Source of the DNA: Macrostomum hystrix
Lineage: Eukaryota > Animalia > Platyhelminthes
Direction: 5' to 3'
Assembly: GCA_950097015.1 (NCBI GenBank)
Contig: CATNEN010000024.1
Location: 1,054,001 to 1,118,000 of the forward strand
Length of the DNA stretch: 64,000 bases
This document shows positions 47,001 to 58,200 of this stretch, one piece after another. Made by a program: the position numbers and the translations under genes. Position 1 is the stretch's first letter. Each line of letters starts with the position of its first letter. The notes beneath the pieces are model-generated. The model did no database searches. It worked only from the letters and a program-made list of their open reading frames with translations, and was not told the origin of the DNA.

Positions 47001-50000
47001 GGGACACTACCGTGTTGTAGTTCCCAGAATCTCGTCTAGTAACATGCATTTAGATTACGAGACACTGTCCGGGTACCATAGAGCACGATCCTTAGAATCC
47101 GTCCTAGTCCTTAGGTCTAGTTATTCTTGGAATTAAACTCTTCTTTGATAAGTAGATACATGTACGAGCGTAGATACATTACTCACTGCTCCATTAACTT
47201 TCCCATGACCTCTCTTTGGTGCAGATCTTCTGGACTGTCGTGCAGATGCAGCTGCGGATACTGACTGTAGTGCTGAATGATGTCGACGACTAGCTTAGCC
47301 TGGCCGCTGAAGGAAAGGATTTCGGGTACTATAAAGATACGTCAATCGCTGAAAAAGGCTTTCTACTAATCACAATTTATAACTCCATGGGACCTCGAAC
47401 TCATTTAACAACCCGCATCTTGACTCCGATTGGTTGAAAAATTACCCTGCCCAGATCTCTCTACCTATCTTAACACTGATTGGTTAAAACAGATCAACCC
47501 TGTCTAGATCTATCTCTCTACCCTATCTTAGCGCTGATTGGCAAAAAAATCTAATAATCAAGAGAAAGTCAGAAATGATCTTCCACTGACCTGAGAATGA
47601 AATACAATCCATTTAACGCCTCGCCCTGTTTCACAATTGCCATGTCAAAGTTGAACAGCTCCTTACGCAGGCTCATAGCCGCCTGCCGCTTATATCTAGC
47701 TAGCCAATTGTCAAACACGGCGCATTTGTTGACAAAGTCGATGCGCTCTTTAAACTCGGCTTCCTGTACAGCTTTCAGTGAACGATTGTACAGCGCCCTG
47801 TTCACTACGATTAGCCGCGTGGTCTCGTCCGAGATGATGGACGCATTGCGGATGCAGTCCTTGTTGATCAGCGCCAGTTCACCGAAACCCCGACCGGCAC
47901 CTGCGTGTTATTTTTCGTCGATATTGACTCATTTTCTCAAATTCAACAAACTCGTCACTGTTTCACATTCTATTTATCCCACTCACCGAAGCTGACGATG
48001 TACTTTCCATACTTGGTCCTGTCTAATTCTTTCTTCTCGCCGCTGAGGGCTTCGCTGTCGTCGACCACAACCTGCGCTTCCGTTGGATCGTCCGGCACGG
48101 CCTCGGTGTTGATGTAGACGCTCACTTTGCCGGTCAGGCAGATGTAGAAGCTGGTGGTTCGCGGAGGACATTTCGTGAATTTTTGGTTCATGAAAATTTG
48201 GGATGTAACTGTGGTTAACTGGTCCATTACCAGGTGTCTGGCAGGCAAGCATTCATATCTAACTGGCAGACAATATCGTGTCTAACAGGTGGGCATTCGT
48301 GTTTAATAGGTGGTTAATCGTATCTAACATGTGGAAATTCATGTCTAACATGTGAATAATCGTGTCTAACATGTGGATAATCGTGTCTAACATCTGGATA
48401 ATCGTGTCTAACATCTGGATAATCGTGTCTAACACGTGGATAATCGTGTCTAACATCTGGATAATCGTGTCTAACATCTGGATAATCGTGTCTAACATCT
48501 GGATAATCGTGTCAAATAGGCGGTATAACCGGTCAAGAAACATGTCGAAGTGTTTATTAACCGCGAAAATGTTTAATAAGTTTCTGAGTTGTATTCCGTA
48601 AATAATAGACATTTTCATTCCCTCATATCGTGTCACACAAAGACTTCATCATCATTTACCAATCTCCCTTGTCACCCTGTCGAATGATGACGTCATCGCG
48701 AGGACTCTCTCGAAATTCGCAGTTCCTCAGAATGTCTTTGGCCACATCTGCAGTTAGTAAGTCAGGGAAGAAAATATGAACTCTTTGGCAGTGATTTCCC
48801 TGCCTCCCAAAATTGATTTTCTAGAAGCTCTCTCGCACCCCGGCAAGCCTACTCACTGCCTGTTCTCAAGAGAGGCATTGTTTGCATTCGCCTAAGTTAA
48901 CCATCATGCACTTGCGTAAAAGTATTGGTTCAAGATTGGGAGCAGATGAGATGAGGTGCTGCCTGAAGTGAAGGCACGTTAGACAACAATGGCCTGACTC
49001 TGTGCAACGGACCGTAAGTTTGCTCTCATTTCCGGCGCCGGTTTCTGACCAAAAAAATCTCCCCTTCTCTCTTTCTCTCTCCCTCTCTCCCCGTCTCCCC
49101 CTCTGCCAACTGAATAGTTTCTGGGATGTTTTCTAGCATTATCGGGGTGAGGGCTGGGAGACAAAAGTGTACTCGTGGAAAAAAAGAAATTTCAACGGAA
49201 GAGGATCGGCTTGGGGCCATTATTATTTGATGAAGGCCGCCGCCTGTCCCACCCTGTCCGCCAAGTTAATAAGCTATGAGAGCTGATGATTTATGAATGT
49301 GTCAGTTCATACTCGCGCCTGGCTGGAAGAATTAGAAGTACCAATAATGCATATTGTCTGACATGTCCAACTCAAAGCCCGGGCTTAGAAATGATTGCGA
49401 CCAATAATAAAAACTACTTTTCCTCTCGTTGGCGACCGACTCGCATGCGTTGCTAATGACAACAGCTTGGGAAATTGAGCTAGAATCACGACTTGGCCAA
49501 TACGAGTCCTCGTAAAGGAAAAAACGGATATAATAATCCCTTCTTTGTCTGGCTTTGCATCCTGACCTCCTACAAAAGAGGCAGTCTTTAGATAATTAAA
49601 GTGAGCACACAGCTCAAACCTACTGGAGTGTTTGCACTCATTGTGGGGCCCCTCGATGCGATTTCGCCCGCGCTTGCTTTTAGAATTTGAGTAGAATGTT
49701 AATCACTGTTTTTCAGTGCTTTGGTATTATAAGAAAAGAAAATTTAGCTCTAAATGAACAGAGATGGAGAATAAATAATTTTGCTAGTGCTGAGTAAACC
49801 GACTGTGACTGCAGCAACACAAATGTAAATTCTTGGGAAAATGTTTGCCTAAAAATGGTGAGAAATAGGAGGGTGCTATATTTAACACCTTGGTTTATTA
49901 GTTTTGCTACAATTGAACAAGCACAAAATATTGCTATAATGCCAAAGCTGCATAGGCTTAGTCCATAAATTATCCAGAGGGTAGCAAGCTTTGTCAAGAG

Positions 50001-50370
50001 GGTAGCAAGCTTTGTCAAGAGGGTAGCATGCTTTTTCAAGGGATGGCATGATATAATCAAAGGGATAGCATGATTTATCGAGGAGATATCAAGTAAAGAT
50101 AAGCAGAGTGGTGAAGTTGCATATAAGAAAATTCTTCTTCTTCTCATGGCTTTTAAGCGTGATTTTCTTACCCCCAAAAGGGGGGTCTTGGTTGCTAGTC
50201 TAATATACTAAAATCATAGCTAAAACAGCGGAGAACTCGTAATATAACTTGCCAGGCTTAATCTTGAGCGGACACTTGGTCAGGAACCAGCCAACCAGCT
50301 CGTTGAGCTCAGAGTCATGACGCTGATTTGGCGGCTTGCTGATGCACTCGACAATCTGCTCCAGCGACAT
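38050..50370 (-). CDS. Cyclic-nucleotide-binding-domain protein (CNBD2-like), about 678 aa; exons 50370-50253, 48747-48660, 48150-47987, 47900-47591, 47306-47187, 40940-40073, 38536-38340, 38221-38050
   Basis: Two cNMP-binding domains (VIIRQGDKGDCFYICLTGKV..GFGELALI..RNASI; IVKQGEALNGLYFILSG..GEMIGDVE). All junctions in phase; first intron needs a GC donor; in-frame stop upstream of ATG 50370. Confidence 0.85.
38590..39420. repeat. Intronic 47-bp minisatellite
   Basis: CATCAATCAGCTTGTTCCTATCGGTTCCTAAATAGGATGCTTTACAC x about 17; each unit contains the TCCTA-AA-TAGGA inverted repeat. Confidence 0.93.
40964..41110. repeat. 20-bp minisatellite, left part (split by Gypsy element 2)
   Basis: CAGTGTGGGATGAGAACTGA x about 7; resumes at 45741. 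Confidence 0.92.
41111..41301 (-). repeat. 3' LTR of Gypsy element 2
   Basis: Matches 45550-45740 except G41166 vs T45605. Confidence 0.94.
41444..44773 (-). CDS. pol: Pol of Gypsy element 2, entered by -1 frameshift
   Basis: Frame is open from the slippery site through ALLDTGSQCSLV (protease, upstream of the listed ORF start 44509), FFDD RT, DASG RNase H, HHCC zinc finger, D-D-E integrase, APYW GPY/F-like motif. Confidence 0.94.
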   Translation of the reverse strand, partial: GKRQRLGWAGPPPRPAVTAGSPAQVPGPALAVGGVFSGCSVTPDRLSQFECKLDGRSVKALLDTGSQCSLVDSSILTKSQLSRATSAGVQLHSVNKQPISIEWQIELPLTVGKVTALHLFYVVSDLVCPVIVGIDFIGKHRLQLYFKANPAAAGRICSARFQSETDDQVDIEDALVPEFSCVDFELPTTDDLEVQRLLMEFKDVFKKKPGLTHLQQHRIVLADEVPVRVPPRRMPVHYREKAELLIQELLENDVIELSESPYVAPPVYVTKKDGGLRLTIDYRELNKKTIRSAQGIPLMEEARDRIAGSTVFSVLDLNGGYFQIPLAEEDRQKTAFSPGPGMPLYQFKRMPQGLSGGPSTFCMLMSKVFNGCDFVFTFFDDSLCFSKTRKEHLLQLREALQRVRAAGLTLRGSKCKIAVPEVTFLGMRYSKEGAQPSKEKLEAIQQWKEPRSVKEIRQFIGLCNQYRRHVANFSAIAAPLHHLTGKGVAFEWTAECQAAFDELKICLMSPPILVNPDFSKEFAVFTDASGSGVGAILKQGDAVIEFSSRAFNSAEKKYSATEKECLAILHAFKVFRHYLLGKHFTVHTDHCPLTYIDSQRIDSYGRLGRWRLLLQEFDFTVKYRRGVENSDADALSRLHAPEIAATQLTAEIGSEELKTAQRQDPELSQVIQAIVNEPDVPPRWRSGPLKQLSRIWRKLKLNDDGVLSRKFNDLDGLREVPVVPAFLRHQFLADAHEGLGGHFGAKKCYRTLKLTAYWPGMAEDVLQHCQSCAVCQEKKAGSQPKAPLGELPIGSPWDSVAIDIVKVAPSSRGNHYLLVAQDQFSKYLTAVALPDQTAQTTARAFLSICSQAGLPRVIHSDQGPNFESQLFQDTLCGLGVTKTRTTAYNPKGNGLAESGNKSVLQLLRCFTERESEWEDKLPLILLSYNSRVHCSTRLPPLKVFTGRDPCLPVLSQQPRRFYDVRTYADKLEADLLRIREFVEEHLVQAAGEQQSDYNRSAGQLRRFGQGDEVLLRIELRGSKLAPYWDPGWRVLSQRNLVVEIGKNGKTRRVNVNRLRPLFLPAPDVERFEQPPFAHELHGGGDAADELPQWRYPVRRRMPVDRYVPG
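44722..45522 (-). CDS. gag: Gag of Gypsy element 2
   Basis: ATG 45522 just after the PBS; CYNCHKTGHIAKDC zinc knuckle. Confidence 0.92.
   Translation of the reverse strand: MAEKASAALPRVFSAGNFKEWLQRFEVCAKVNKWDACKAERLATFLDGEALVVYLELSAADQAEFGKVTGALENAFHPDREHFAVMEAFKARRILASETPRMYLYELKKLLQSSAVVDVDAREALLFHQFICGLPDSVGWQIRADTNIKTSVQALEKAQLLMQHNPAATQAAAVQPRQSQSSEVQELRDTVQSLQASVSTLSTQLEQLAACGVRSSSTARPHRPRSDIVCYNCHKTGHIAKDCYSRRQQSGNARGWGGRARHLGQQ
44730..44773 (-). promoter_or_regulatory. -1 frameshift signal (G GGA AAC + 6 nt + GC-rich hairpin)
   Basis: Heptamer 44767-44773 in gag frame; GGCUGGGGUGG/CCACCUCGGCC 11-bp stem (two G-U pairs) at 44730-44760; pol is in the -1 frame. Confidence 0.8.
45527..45546 (-). 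promoter_or_regulatory. Primer-binding site complementary to initiator tRNA-Met
   Basis: TGGTAGCAGAGCGTGGTTTC, closely matching the complement of the metazoan tRNAiMet 3' end. Confidence 0.85.
45550..45740 (-). repeat. 5' LTR of Gypsy element 2
   Basis: Adjacent to PBS; 190/191 identical to the 3' LTR by eye. Confidence 0.94.
45741..45945. repeat. 20-bp minisatellite, right part
   Basis: CAGTGTGGGAT(G/C)AGAACTGA x about 10. Confidence 0.92.
48330..48515. repeat. Intronic 21-bp minisatellite
   Basis: GGATAATCGTGTCTAACATCT x about 8. Confidence 0.88.
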
Positions 50371-51263
50371 GGCGATGGCTTTTCGACGAAACTATTTGGG
50401 AGGGATTTCACAGATACGGTAGCCACCGACGGTGCTTCACTAGCAATCTGAGAGGGACCCCAAAAAGCCGCCTTGTTATTACCGTTCTCTGCTATTCCAG
50501 TCCGCCTTACTATAGTCCACTAGCCGCTGTGATGGCAGACGCCCTCCCCAGAGCCGCCCTTCTCATTCTTGTCCTCTCCCTCCCATAGTAACCAAGGGAG
50601 GGCATACGCAAGAAGGACTAGGACTTGACAGCAGAGGCCGCGTTTGGCCCAATCCAAATGAGCAGGTGAGAGGGGAGGGCTGCGCCGCATATAGGCTAAT
50701 AAAAACTGGTGATAGAAGCGGAGTGCGAACAGTAAACTCACCTGGACCAGTGGAGGGTGAGGGTGGGTTTGCACTTACCTTTTGTTGCCAACTGAAGGGG
50801 TAGCCCAGTCGTGCACACACAGGCATGCGCACACACACACAAAACACAATCAGAACTGTCCCCCCCTCAGCCGCTGATGACCTGCAGGGGTGGTTTTTGA
50901 ATAGACAACAAAGAAATCAAAGCCTTTGAAGCCTTGCCTGTTGCGGTATCGCGAAGCGAAGCGAAAATCTCGGCAGTTTCAAGTTTCATTATACGTAGCG
51001 TTTCAAAGACTTATTCTTCTTTCTCTTCGCTCGTCTACGTAGCCAAAGATTCGTTCGGGAGGCATTCATCACACAGCTGGCCGGGGGGTCTAGATAAAAT
51101 GCACCTGCTGCAGCAACACCACATTTGGGTGCAATAAAAGTTTGATCAAAAGAAAGTTATTTAACAACAAAAAATCATTTTTTAGTTGTAAAACTATCCG
51201 ACCTTGCTTACCAGTTATTTGTTTAAAATTATTGTCTTTTTACGTAGGTACTCGTACTCATAC

Positions 51264-52310
51264 AGTTAATGTCAGTCAGAGCAGTGTCATCATCCAGTTA
51301 ATGACAGTCAGAGCAGTGTCATCATCCAGTTAATGACAGTCAGAGCAGTGTCATCATCCAATTAATGACAGTCAGTGCAGTGTCATCATCCAGTTAATGT
51401 CAGTCAGAGCAGTGTCATCATCCAGTTAATGACAGTCAGAGCAGTGTCATCATCCAGTTAATGACAGTCAGAGCAGTGTCATCCAGTTAATGACAGTCAG
51501 AGCAGTGTCATCTTCCAGTTAATGATTGTCAGTGCAGTGTTATCATCCAGTTAATGACAGTCAGTGCAGTGTCATCATCCAGTTAATGACAGTCAGAGCA
51601 GTGTCATCATCCAGTTAATGACAGTCAGTGCAGTGTCATCATCCAGTTAATGACAGTCAGAGCAGTGTCATCATCCAGTTAATGACAGTCAGAGCAGTGT
51701 CATCATCCAGTTAATGACAGTCAGAGCAGTGTCATCATCCAGTTAATGACAGTCAGAGCAGTGTCATCATCCAGTTAATGACAGTCAGAGCAGTGTCATC
51801 ATCCAGTTAATGACAGTCAGAGCAGTGTCATCATCCAGTTAATGACAGTCAGTGCAGTGTCATCATCCAGTTAATGACAGTCAGAGCAGTGTCATCATCC
51901 AGTTAATGACAGTCAGAGCAGTGTCATCATCCAGTTAATGACAGTCAGAGCAGTGTCATCATCCAGTTAATGACAGTCAGAGCAGTGTCATCATCCAGTT
52001 AATGATAGTCAGAGCAGTGTCATCATCCAGTTAATGACAGTCAGAGCAGTGTCATCATCCAGTTAATGACAGTCAGTGCAGTGTCATCATCCAGTTAATG
52101 ACAGTCAGTGCAGTGTCATCATCCAGTTAATGACAGTCAGAGCAGTGTCATCATCCAGTTAATGACAGTCAGAGCAGTGTCATCATCCAGTTAATGACAG
52201 TCAGTGCAGTGTCATCATCCAGTTAATGACAGTCAGTGCAGTGTCATCATCCAGTTAATGACAGTCAGTGCAGTGTCATCATCCAGTTAATGACAGTCAG
52301 TGCAGTGCCA
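51264..52310. repeat. 32-bp tandem repeat
   Basis: AGCAGTGTCATCATCCAGTTAATGACAGTCAG x about 32. Confidence 0.94.
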
Positions 52311-52595
52311 TCAGTGGGACTGATAATACCTGTCACTAACACATGGTTAAACCAACAGGTCATAATTAACAATCTTGAGAGTCGCAAGCGAACAAAAAAA
52401 CGAAAAAAACGATTGGGATATAATCTCAATATCCGGGGACCCACAGACAATGTCCTGATTTACATTGGCTATAATTTATTGAAGCTAGCTTCAAGGGAAA
52501 TTACATCGACAAAGAGATTTATGACAGCTAAAGCAGAAATTTCATTTATAAGGGCCTTTACAATTCTCCATGTGGTTTGTTAGCTGACCATCGAA

Positions 52596-54321
52596 ATGAC
52601 GCAAAATGCAGATATATCGATCGCCCGTGCTCTAGTCTGTTCAATTCTACTCACAACATCGGTCATGAGCACACAAGGTAAGTCTATGTTAATTTTTTCT
52701 GATAGAGAACAATGAGACAGGGACCCTTTATGAAGAAGACTGAAATCGAAATATTGAAATGAAAGCAACTTAAAGTTGATGATAACAGGTTAATTGCTAA
52801 TTCAAGACAGAGACAGTTGGCAGTGCAGATCAACAAGTGTTATCAACCATTCTGTCTCTGCTTACTTTTTTTCTTCTGGCACTGGCAAAGTTCTGGGACA
52901 GTTCAACTATAGGCGCGCCTTGTCCCAGGCTTTTAATTAAAGCATTTCATTCCTGGCCACCTCGAGAACAATTTGCTTTGGCCTATTGGTTTAATGCCAA
53001 GCAGTTCTTTTGCCGTAAATAATAATTAGTTTGCTTAGCTAGAACTAAAGAGAATGAAAATTATTTAACTGGTAGGTGCTTCTCACAATTTTTAATATGT
53101 TGCCAAATTTTAATATTTTTCGCACGAAGATGTTGCAGCTGGCTTTTTTGCACCTCTGCACCGAGAGTCTGAGCAGTAAAACTTTTTATGCGACGAACTT
53201 TTTAATCTCACCGCTCTCCTTCTCTCCGCTTTTTTTGGCTAAATGCCTGCGACTTTGCGGACTCGTGATCCGCCACACCTGCACTTCCCAACTGTTGGCT
53301 GCACCTGACAATGCTGTTTGAACAATGCCTGTTTATGCTGTCATTTCAACTTTGCTCAGGGTATATTTCCCTCTCTTCAACCAAGTCTCTGTCGCTCAGC
53401 TTCAGTCTGTCTGTTAGTCTCTCTCTCTCTCTCTTGGAGCGAAACGCGTCTGGAGTTGCCTTGGTTCGAATCCTGATTTCATTTTTTTCGATACATATCG
53501 GAATCGATTCCAACATTAGATTTTTGAAATTCAATGGGCAGTGTCCTCTCTCCTCTCTCCCGCTCTCTCTCTCTTTCTCTTTCTGTTTCTCTCTCTCTCT
53601 CTTTCTGTTTCTCTCTCTCTCTCTCTTTCTGTTTCTCTCTCTCTCTTTCTGTTTCTCTCTCTCTTTCTGTTTCTCTCTCCCTCTCTTTCTGTTTCTCTCT
53701 CTCTTTCTGTTTCTCTCTCTCTCTCTCTCTTTCTGTTTCTCTCTCTCTCTTTCTGTTTCTCTCTCTCTTTCTGTTTCTCTCTCTCTTTCTGTTTCTCTCT
53801 CTCTCTCTTACTGTTTCTCTCTCTCTTTCTGTTTCTCTATCTCTCTTTCTGTTTCTCTCTCTCTCTTTCTCTTTCTCTTTCTGCTTCTCTCTTTATCTTT
53901 CTCTCTCTTTATCCTTCACTGTCTTTATCTTTCTCTCTCTCTTTCTGTTTCTCTCTCTCTCTCTCTTTCTGTTTCTCTCTCTCTCTCTCTCTTTCTGTTT
54001 CTCTCTCTCTTTCTCTCTCTCTCTCTTTCTCTTTCTCTCTCTTTATCTTTATCTTTCTGCTTCTCTGTTTATCTTTCTCTCTATTTATCATTCACTGTCT
54101 TTATCTTTCTCTCTCTCTTTCTGTTTCTCTCTCTCTCTCTCTTACTGTTTCTCTCTCTCTCTTTCTGTTTCTCTCTCTCTTTCTGTTTCTCTCTCTCTCT
54201 CTTTCTGTTTCTATCTCTCTTTCTGTTTCTCTCTCTCTTTCTGTTTCTCTCTCTCTCTCTTACTGTTTCTCTCTCTCTTTCTGTTTCTCTCTTTATCTTT
54301 CTCTCTCTTTATCCTTCACTG

Positions 54322-54356
<35 letters not shown>

Positions 54357-55177
54357 GTTTCTCTCTCTCTCTCTCTTTCTGTTTCTCTCTCTCTTTCTCT
54401 CTCTCTTTCTCTTTCTCTCTCTTTATCTTTATCTTTCTGCTTCTCTCTTTATCTTTCTCTCTATTTATCATTCACTGTCTTTATCTTTCTCTCTCTTTCT
54501 GTTTCTCTCTCTCTCTCTCTTACTGTTTCTCTCTCTCTCTTTCTGTTTCTCTCTCTCTCTCTCTTTCTGTTTCTCTCTCTCTTTCTCTCTCTCTTTATCT
54601 TTATCTTTCTGCTTCTCTCTTTATCTTTCTCTCTATTTATCATTCACTGTCTTTATCTTTCTCTCTCTCTTTCTGTTTCTCTCTCTCTCTCTTACTGTTT
54701 CTCTCTCTCTCTTTCTGTTTCTCTCTCTCTCTCTCTCTTTCTGTTTCTCTCTCTCTCTCTTTCTGTTTCTCTCTCTCTTTCTCTTTCTCTGTCTTTATCT
54801 TTCTCTCTCTCTTTCTGTTTCTCTCTCTTTTTATCTCTCTCTCTTTCTCTTTCTCTCTCTTTATCTTTCTCTTTCTGCTTCTCTCTTTATCTTTCTCTCT
54901 CTTTATCATTCACTGTCTTTATCTTTCTCTCTCTTTATCCTTCACTGTCTTTATCTTTCTCTCTCTCTTTCTGTTTCTCTCTCTCTCTCTCTTTCTGTTT
55001 CTCTCTCTCTCTCTTTCTGTTTCTCTCTCTCTTTCTCTCTCTCTCTTTCTGTTTCTCTCTCTCTTTCTCTCTCTCTCTTTCTGTTTCTCTCTCTCTCTTT
55101 CTGTTTCTCTCTCTCTTTCTCTTTCTCTGTCTTTATCTTTCTCTCTCTCTTTCTGTTTCTCTCTCTCTTTCTCTCTC

Positions 55178-55214
<37 letters not shown>

Positions 55215-58200
55215 GCTTCTCTCTTTATCTTTCTCTCTCTCTTTCTGTTTCTGTCTCTCTCTCTCTTTCTGTTTCTCTCTCTCTCTTTCTGTTTCTCTCT
55301 CTCTTTCTCTTTCTCTCTCTTTATCTTTCTGTTTCTCTCTCTCTTTCTCTCTCTCTCTCTTTCTCTTTCTCTCTCTTTATCTTTCTGCTTCTCTCTTTAT
55401 CTTTCTGCTTCTCTCTTTATCTTTCTGCTTCTCTCTTTATCTTTCTGCTTCTCTCTTTATCTTTCTGCTTCTCTCTTTATCTTTCTGCTTCTCTCTTTAT
55501 CTTTCTGCTTCTCTCTTTATCTTTCTGCTTCTCTCTTTATCTTTCTGCTTCTCTCTTTATCTTTCTCTCTATTTATTATTCACTGTCTTTATCTTTCTCT
55601 CTCTCTTTCTGTTTCTCTCTCTCTCTCTTACTGTTTCTCTCTCTCTCTTTCTGTTTCTCTCTCTCTCTCTCTTTCTGTTTCTCTCTCTCTCTTTCTGTTT
55701 CTCTCTCTCTTTCTCTTTCTCTGTCTTTATCTTTCTCTCTCTCTTTCTGTTTCTCTCTCTCTTTCTCTCTCTCTCTTTCTCTTTCTCTCTCTTTATCTTT
55801 CTCTTTCTGCTTCTCTCTTTATCTTTCTCTCTCTCTCTTTCTGTTTCTCTCTCTCTCTCTCTCTTTCTGTTTCTCTCTCTTTCTTTTTTTCTCTCTGTTT
55901 CTCTCTCTCTCTTTCTGTTTCTCTCTCTCTCTCTTTCTGTTTCTCTCTCTCTTTCTCTTTCTCTGTCTTTATCTTTCTCTCTCTCTTTCTGTTTCTCTCT
56001 CTCTTTCTCTCTCTCTCTTTCTCTTTCTGCTTCTCTCTTTATCTTTCTCTCTCTTTATCCTTCACTGTCTTTATCTTTCTCTCTCTCTCTTTCTGTTTCT
56101 GTCTCTCTCTCTCTCTTTCTGTTTCTCTCTCTCTCTCTCTTTCTGTTTCTCTCTCTCTTTCTCTCTCTCTCTTTCTCTTTCTCTCTCTTTATCTTTCTGC
56201 TTCTCTCTTTATCTTTCTGCTTCTCTCTTTATCTTTCTCTCTATTTATCCTTCACTGTCTTTATCTTTCTCTCTCTCTTTCTGTTTCTCTCTCTCTCTCT
56301 CTTACTGTTTCTCTCTCTCTTTCTGTTTCTCTCTCTCTCTCTCTTTCTGTTTCTCTCTCTCTCTCTTTCTGTTTCTCTCTCTCTCTTTCTGTTTCTCTCT
56401 CTCTTCCTCTTTCTCTGTCTTTTTCTTTCTCTCTCTCTTTCTGTTTCTCTCTCTCTTTCTCTCTCTCTCTTTCTCTTTCTCTCTCTTTGTCCTTCACTGT
56501 CTTTATCTTTCTCTCTCTCTTTCTCGCTTTCTCTCTCTGTATCCTTCACTTTCTTTATCTTTCTCTCTCTTTATCTTTATATATCTTTCTCTATCGCTTT
56601 AATTGCTATTTTAATCCAGGTCTTACCAAAAAAATAATAATTCAATATTTTTGAGCACACTGAATTTTGACAGTAACCGAAAATTCACACGACAATCATA
56701 TTAAAGTTTATGCAAAGCAAATCTCAGTCAACATTTGAGTACTGTGCTCAATTACTGACTGGCGCGGCTTAGGTAATTATGCAACAGCTGCATCGGTTTA
56801 TGTAACAGAATTATTCCACAAATTATTTTACCTCAGAAAAAAACTGTTCTTGCATAGCAGTAGAAAAGTTTTCCTCGATGCAACGCGTGTGTTAGGCAAA
56901 CTTGCGTGCCAAAAAGCAATTTAGATGGCTAATTGCGCCGTCAATTACTCTCGCGCATCGATGAAGAGGTAACGAGAATTTGCCTTTCAAACTAAACAGG
57001 CTGCTGCCTATGCTGAATTAACACGGCTAAACTATTCAATGACTTGCTAGAAAAAACTTTTTGTATTTCTCGTAACTATTTCATCGGGAATTTGAGTATT
57101 CGGGTTAATTATTTTGCGTGCGTGAGAAATTCAGGTCACTAATTAGTCAATGAAGCTAGCATTAAGGTGGCTAATCGCAGGTGCGAGAATTTAGGTAACT
57201 AATTGCAGGTGCGAGAATTAAGGTGGCTAATCGCAGGTGCGAGAATTTAGGTAACTAATTGCAGGTGCGAGAATTTAGGTGGCTAATTGCAGGTGCGAGA
57301 ATTAAGGTGGCTAATTGTAGGTGCGAGAATTAAGGTAACTAATTGCAGGTGCGAGAATTTAGGTGGCTAATTGCAGGTGCGAGAATTAAGGTGGCTAATT
57401 GTAGGTGCGAGAATTTAGGTAACTAATTGCAGGTGCGAGAATTAAGGTGGCTAATCGCAGGTGCGAGAATTTAGGTAACTAATTGCAGGTGCGAGAATTA
57501 AGGTGGCTAATTGCAGGTGCGAGAATTAAGGTTGCTAATTGTAGGTGCGAGAATTAAGGTGGCTAATTGTAGGTGCGAGAATTAAGGTGGCTAATTGTAG
57601 GTGCGAGAATTAAGGTGACTAATTGCAGGTGCGAGAATTAAGGTGGCCAATTACAGGTGCGAGAATTAAGGTGGCCAATTGCAGGTTCGAGAATTAAGGT
57701 GGCTAATTGTAGGTGCGAGAATTAAGGTGGCTAATTGTAGGTGCGAGAATTAAGGTGACTAATTGCAGGTGCGAGAATTAAGGTGGCTAATTACAGGTGC
57801 GAGAATTAAGGTGGCTAATTGTAGGTGCGAGAATTAAGGTGGCTAATTGTAGGTGCGAGAATTAAGGTGGCTAATTGTAGGTGCGAGAATTAAGGTGGCT
57901 AATTGTAGGTGCGAGAATTAAGGTGGCCAATTACAGGTGCGAGAATTAAGGTGGCTAATTGTAGGTGCGAGAATTTAGGCAGCAAATTTAAAGCGTAAGA
58001 ATTTTGGGTCGCTAAGGAATCAGAGGTGCGAAAAGTTTAGCGTCTAATCAATTGACGAGTGAAAGGTTAGGTAGAAACTTATTCGAAGGTGGGAGTGGGA
58101 AAGAGAAAATAAAACAATCTGAACTTCAGAGACCCGGAGCTACCACTCCATGGCCGAGCTGGTTCTCGCTCACCTGCCAGAAGCGGCGGCAGCAGACGAG

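Noticed and set aside
53311-56654. Three ORFs of more than 1000 aa (SLSLF-rich)
   Set aside because: They are translations of the CT tract, which lacks stop codons, and lie inside a predicted intron.
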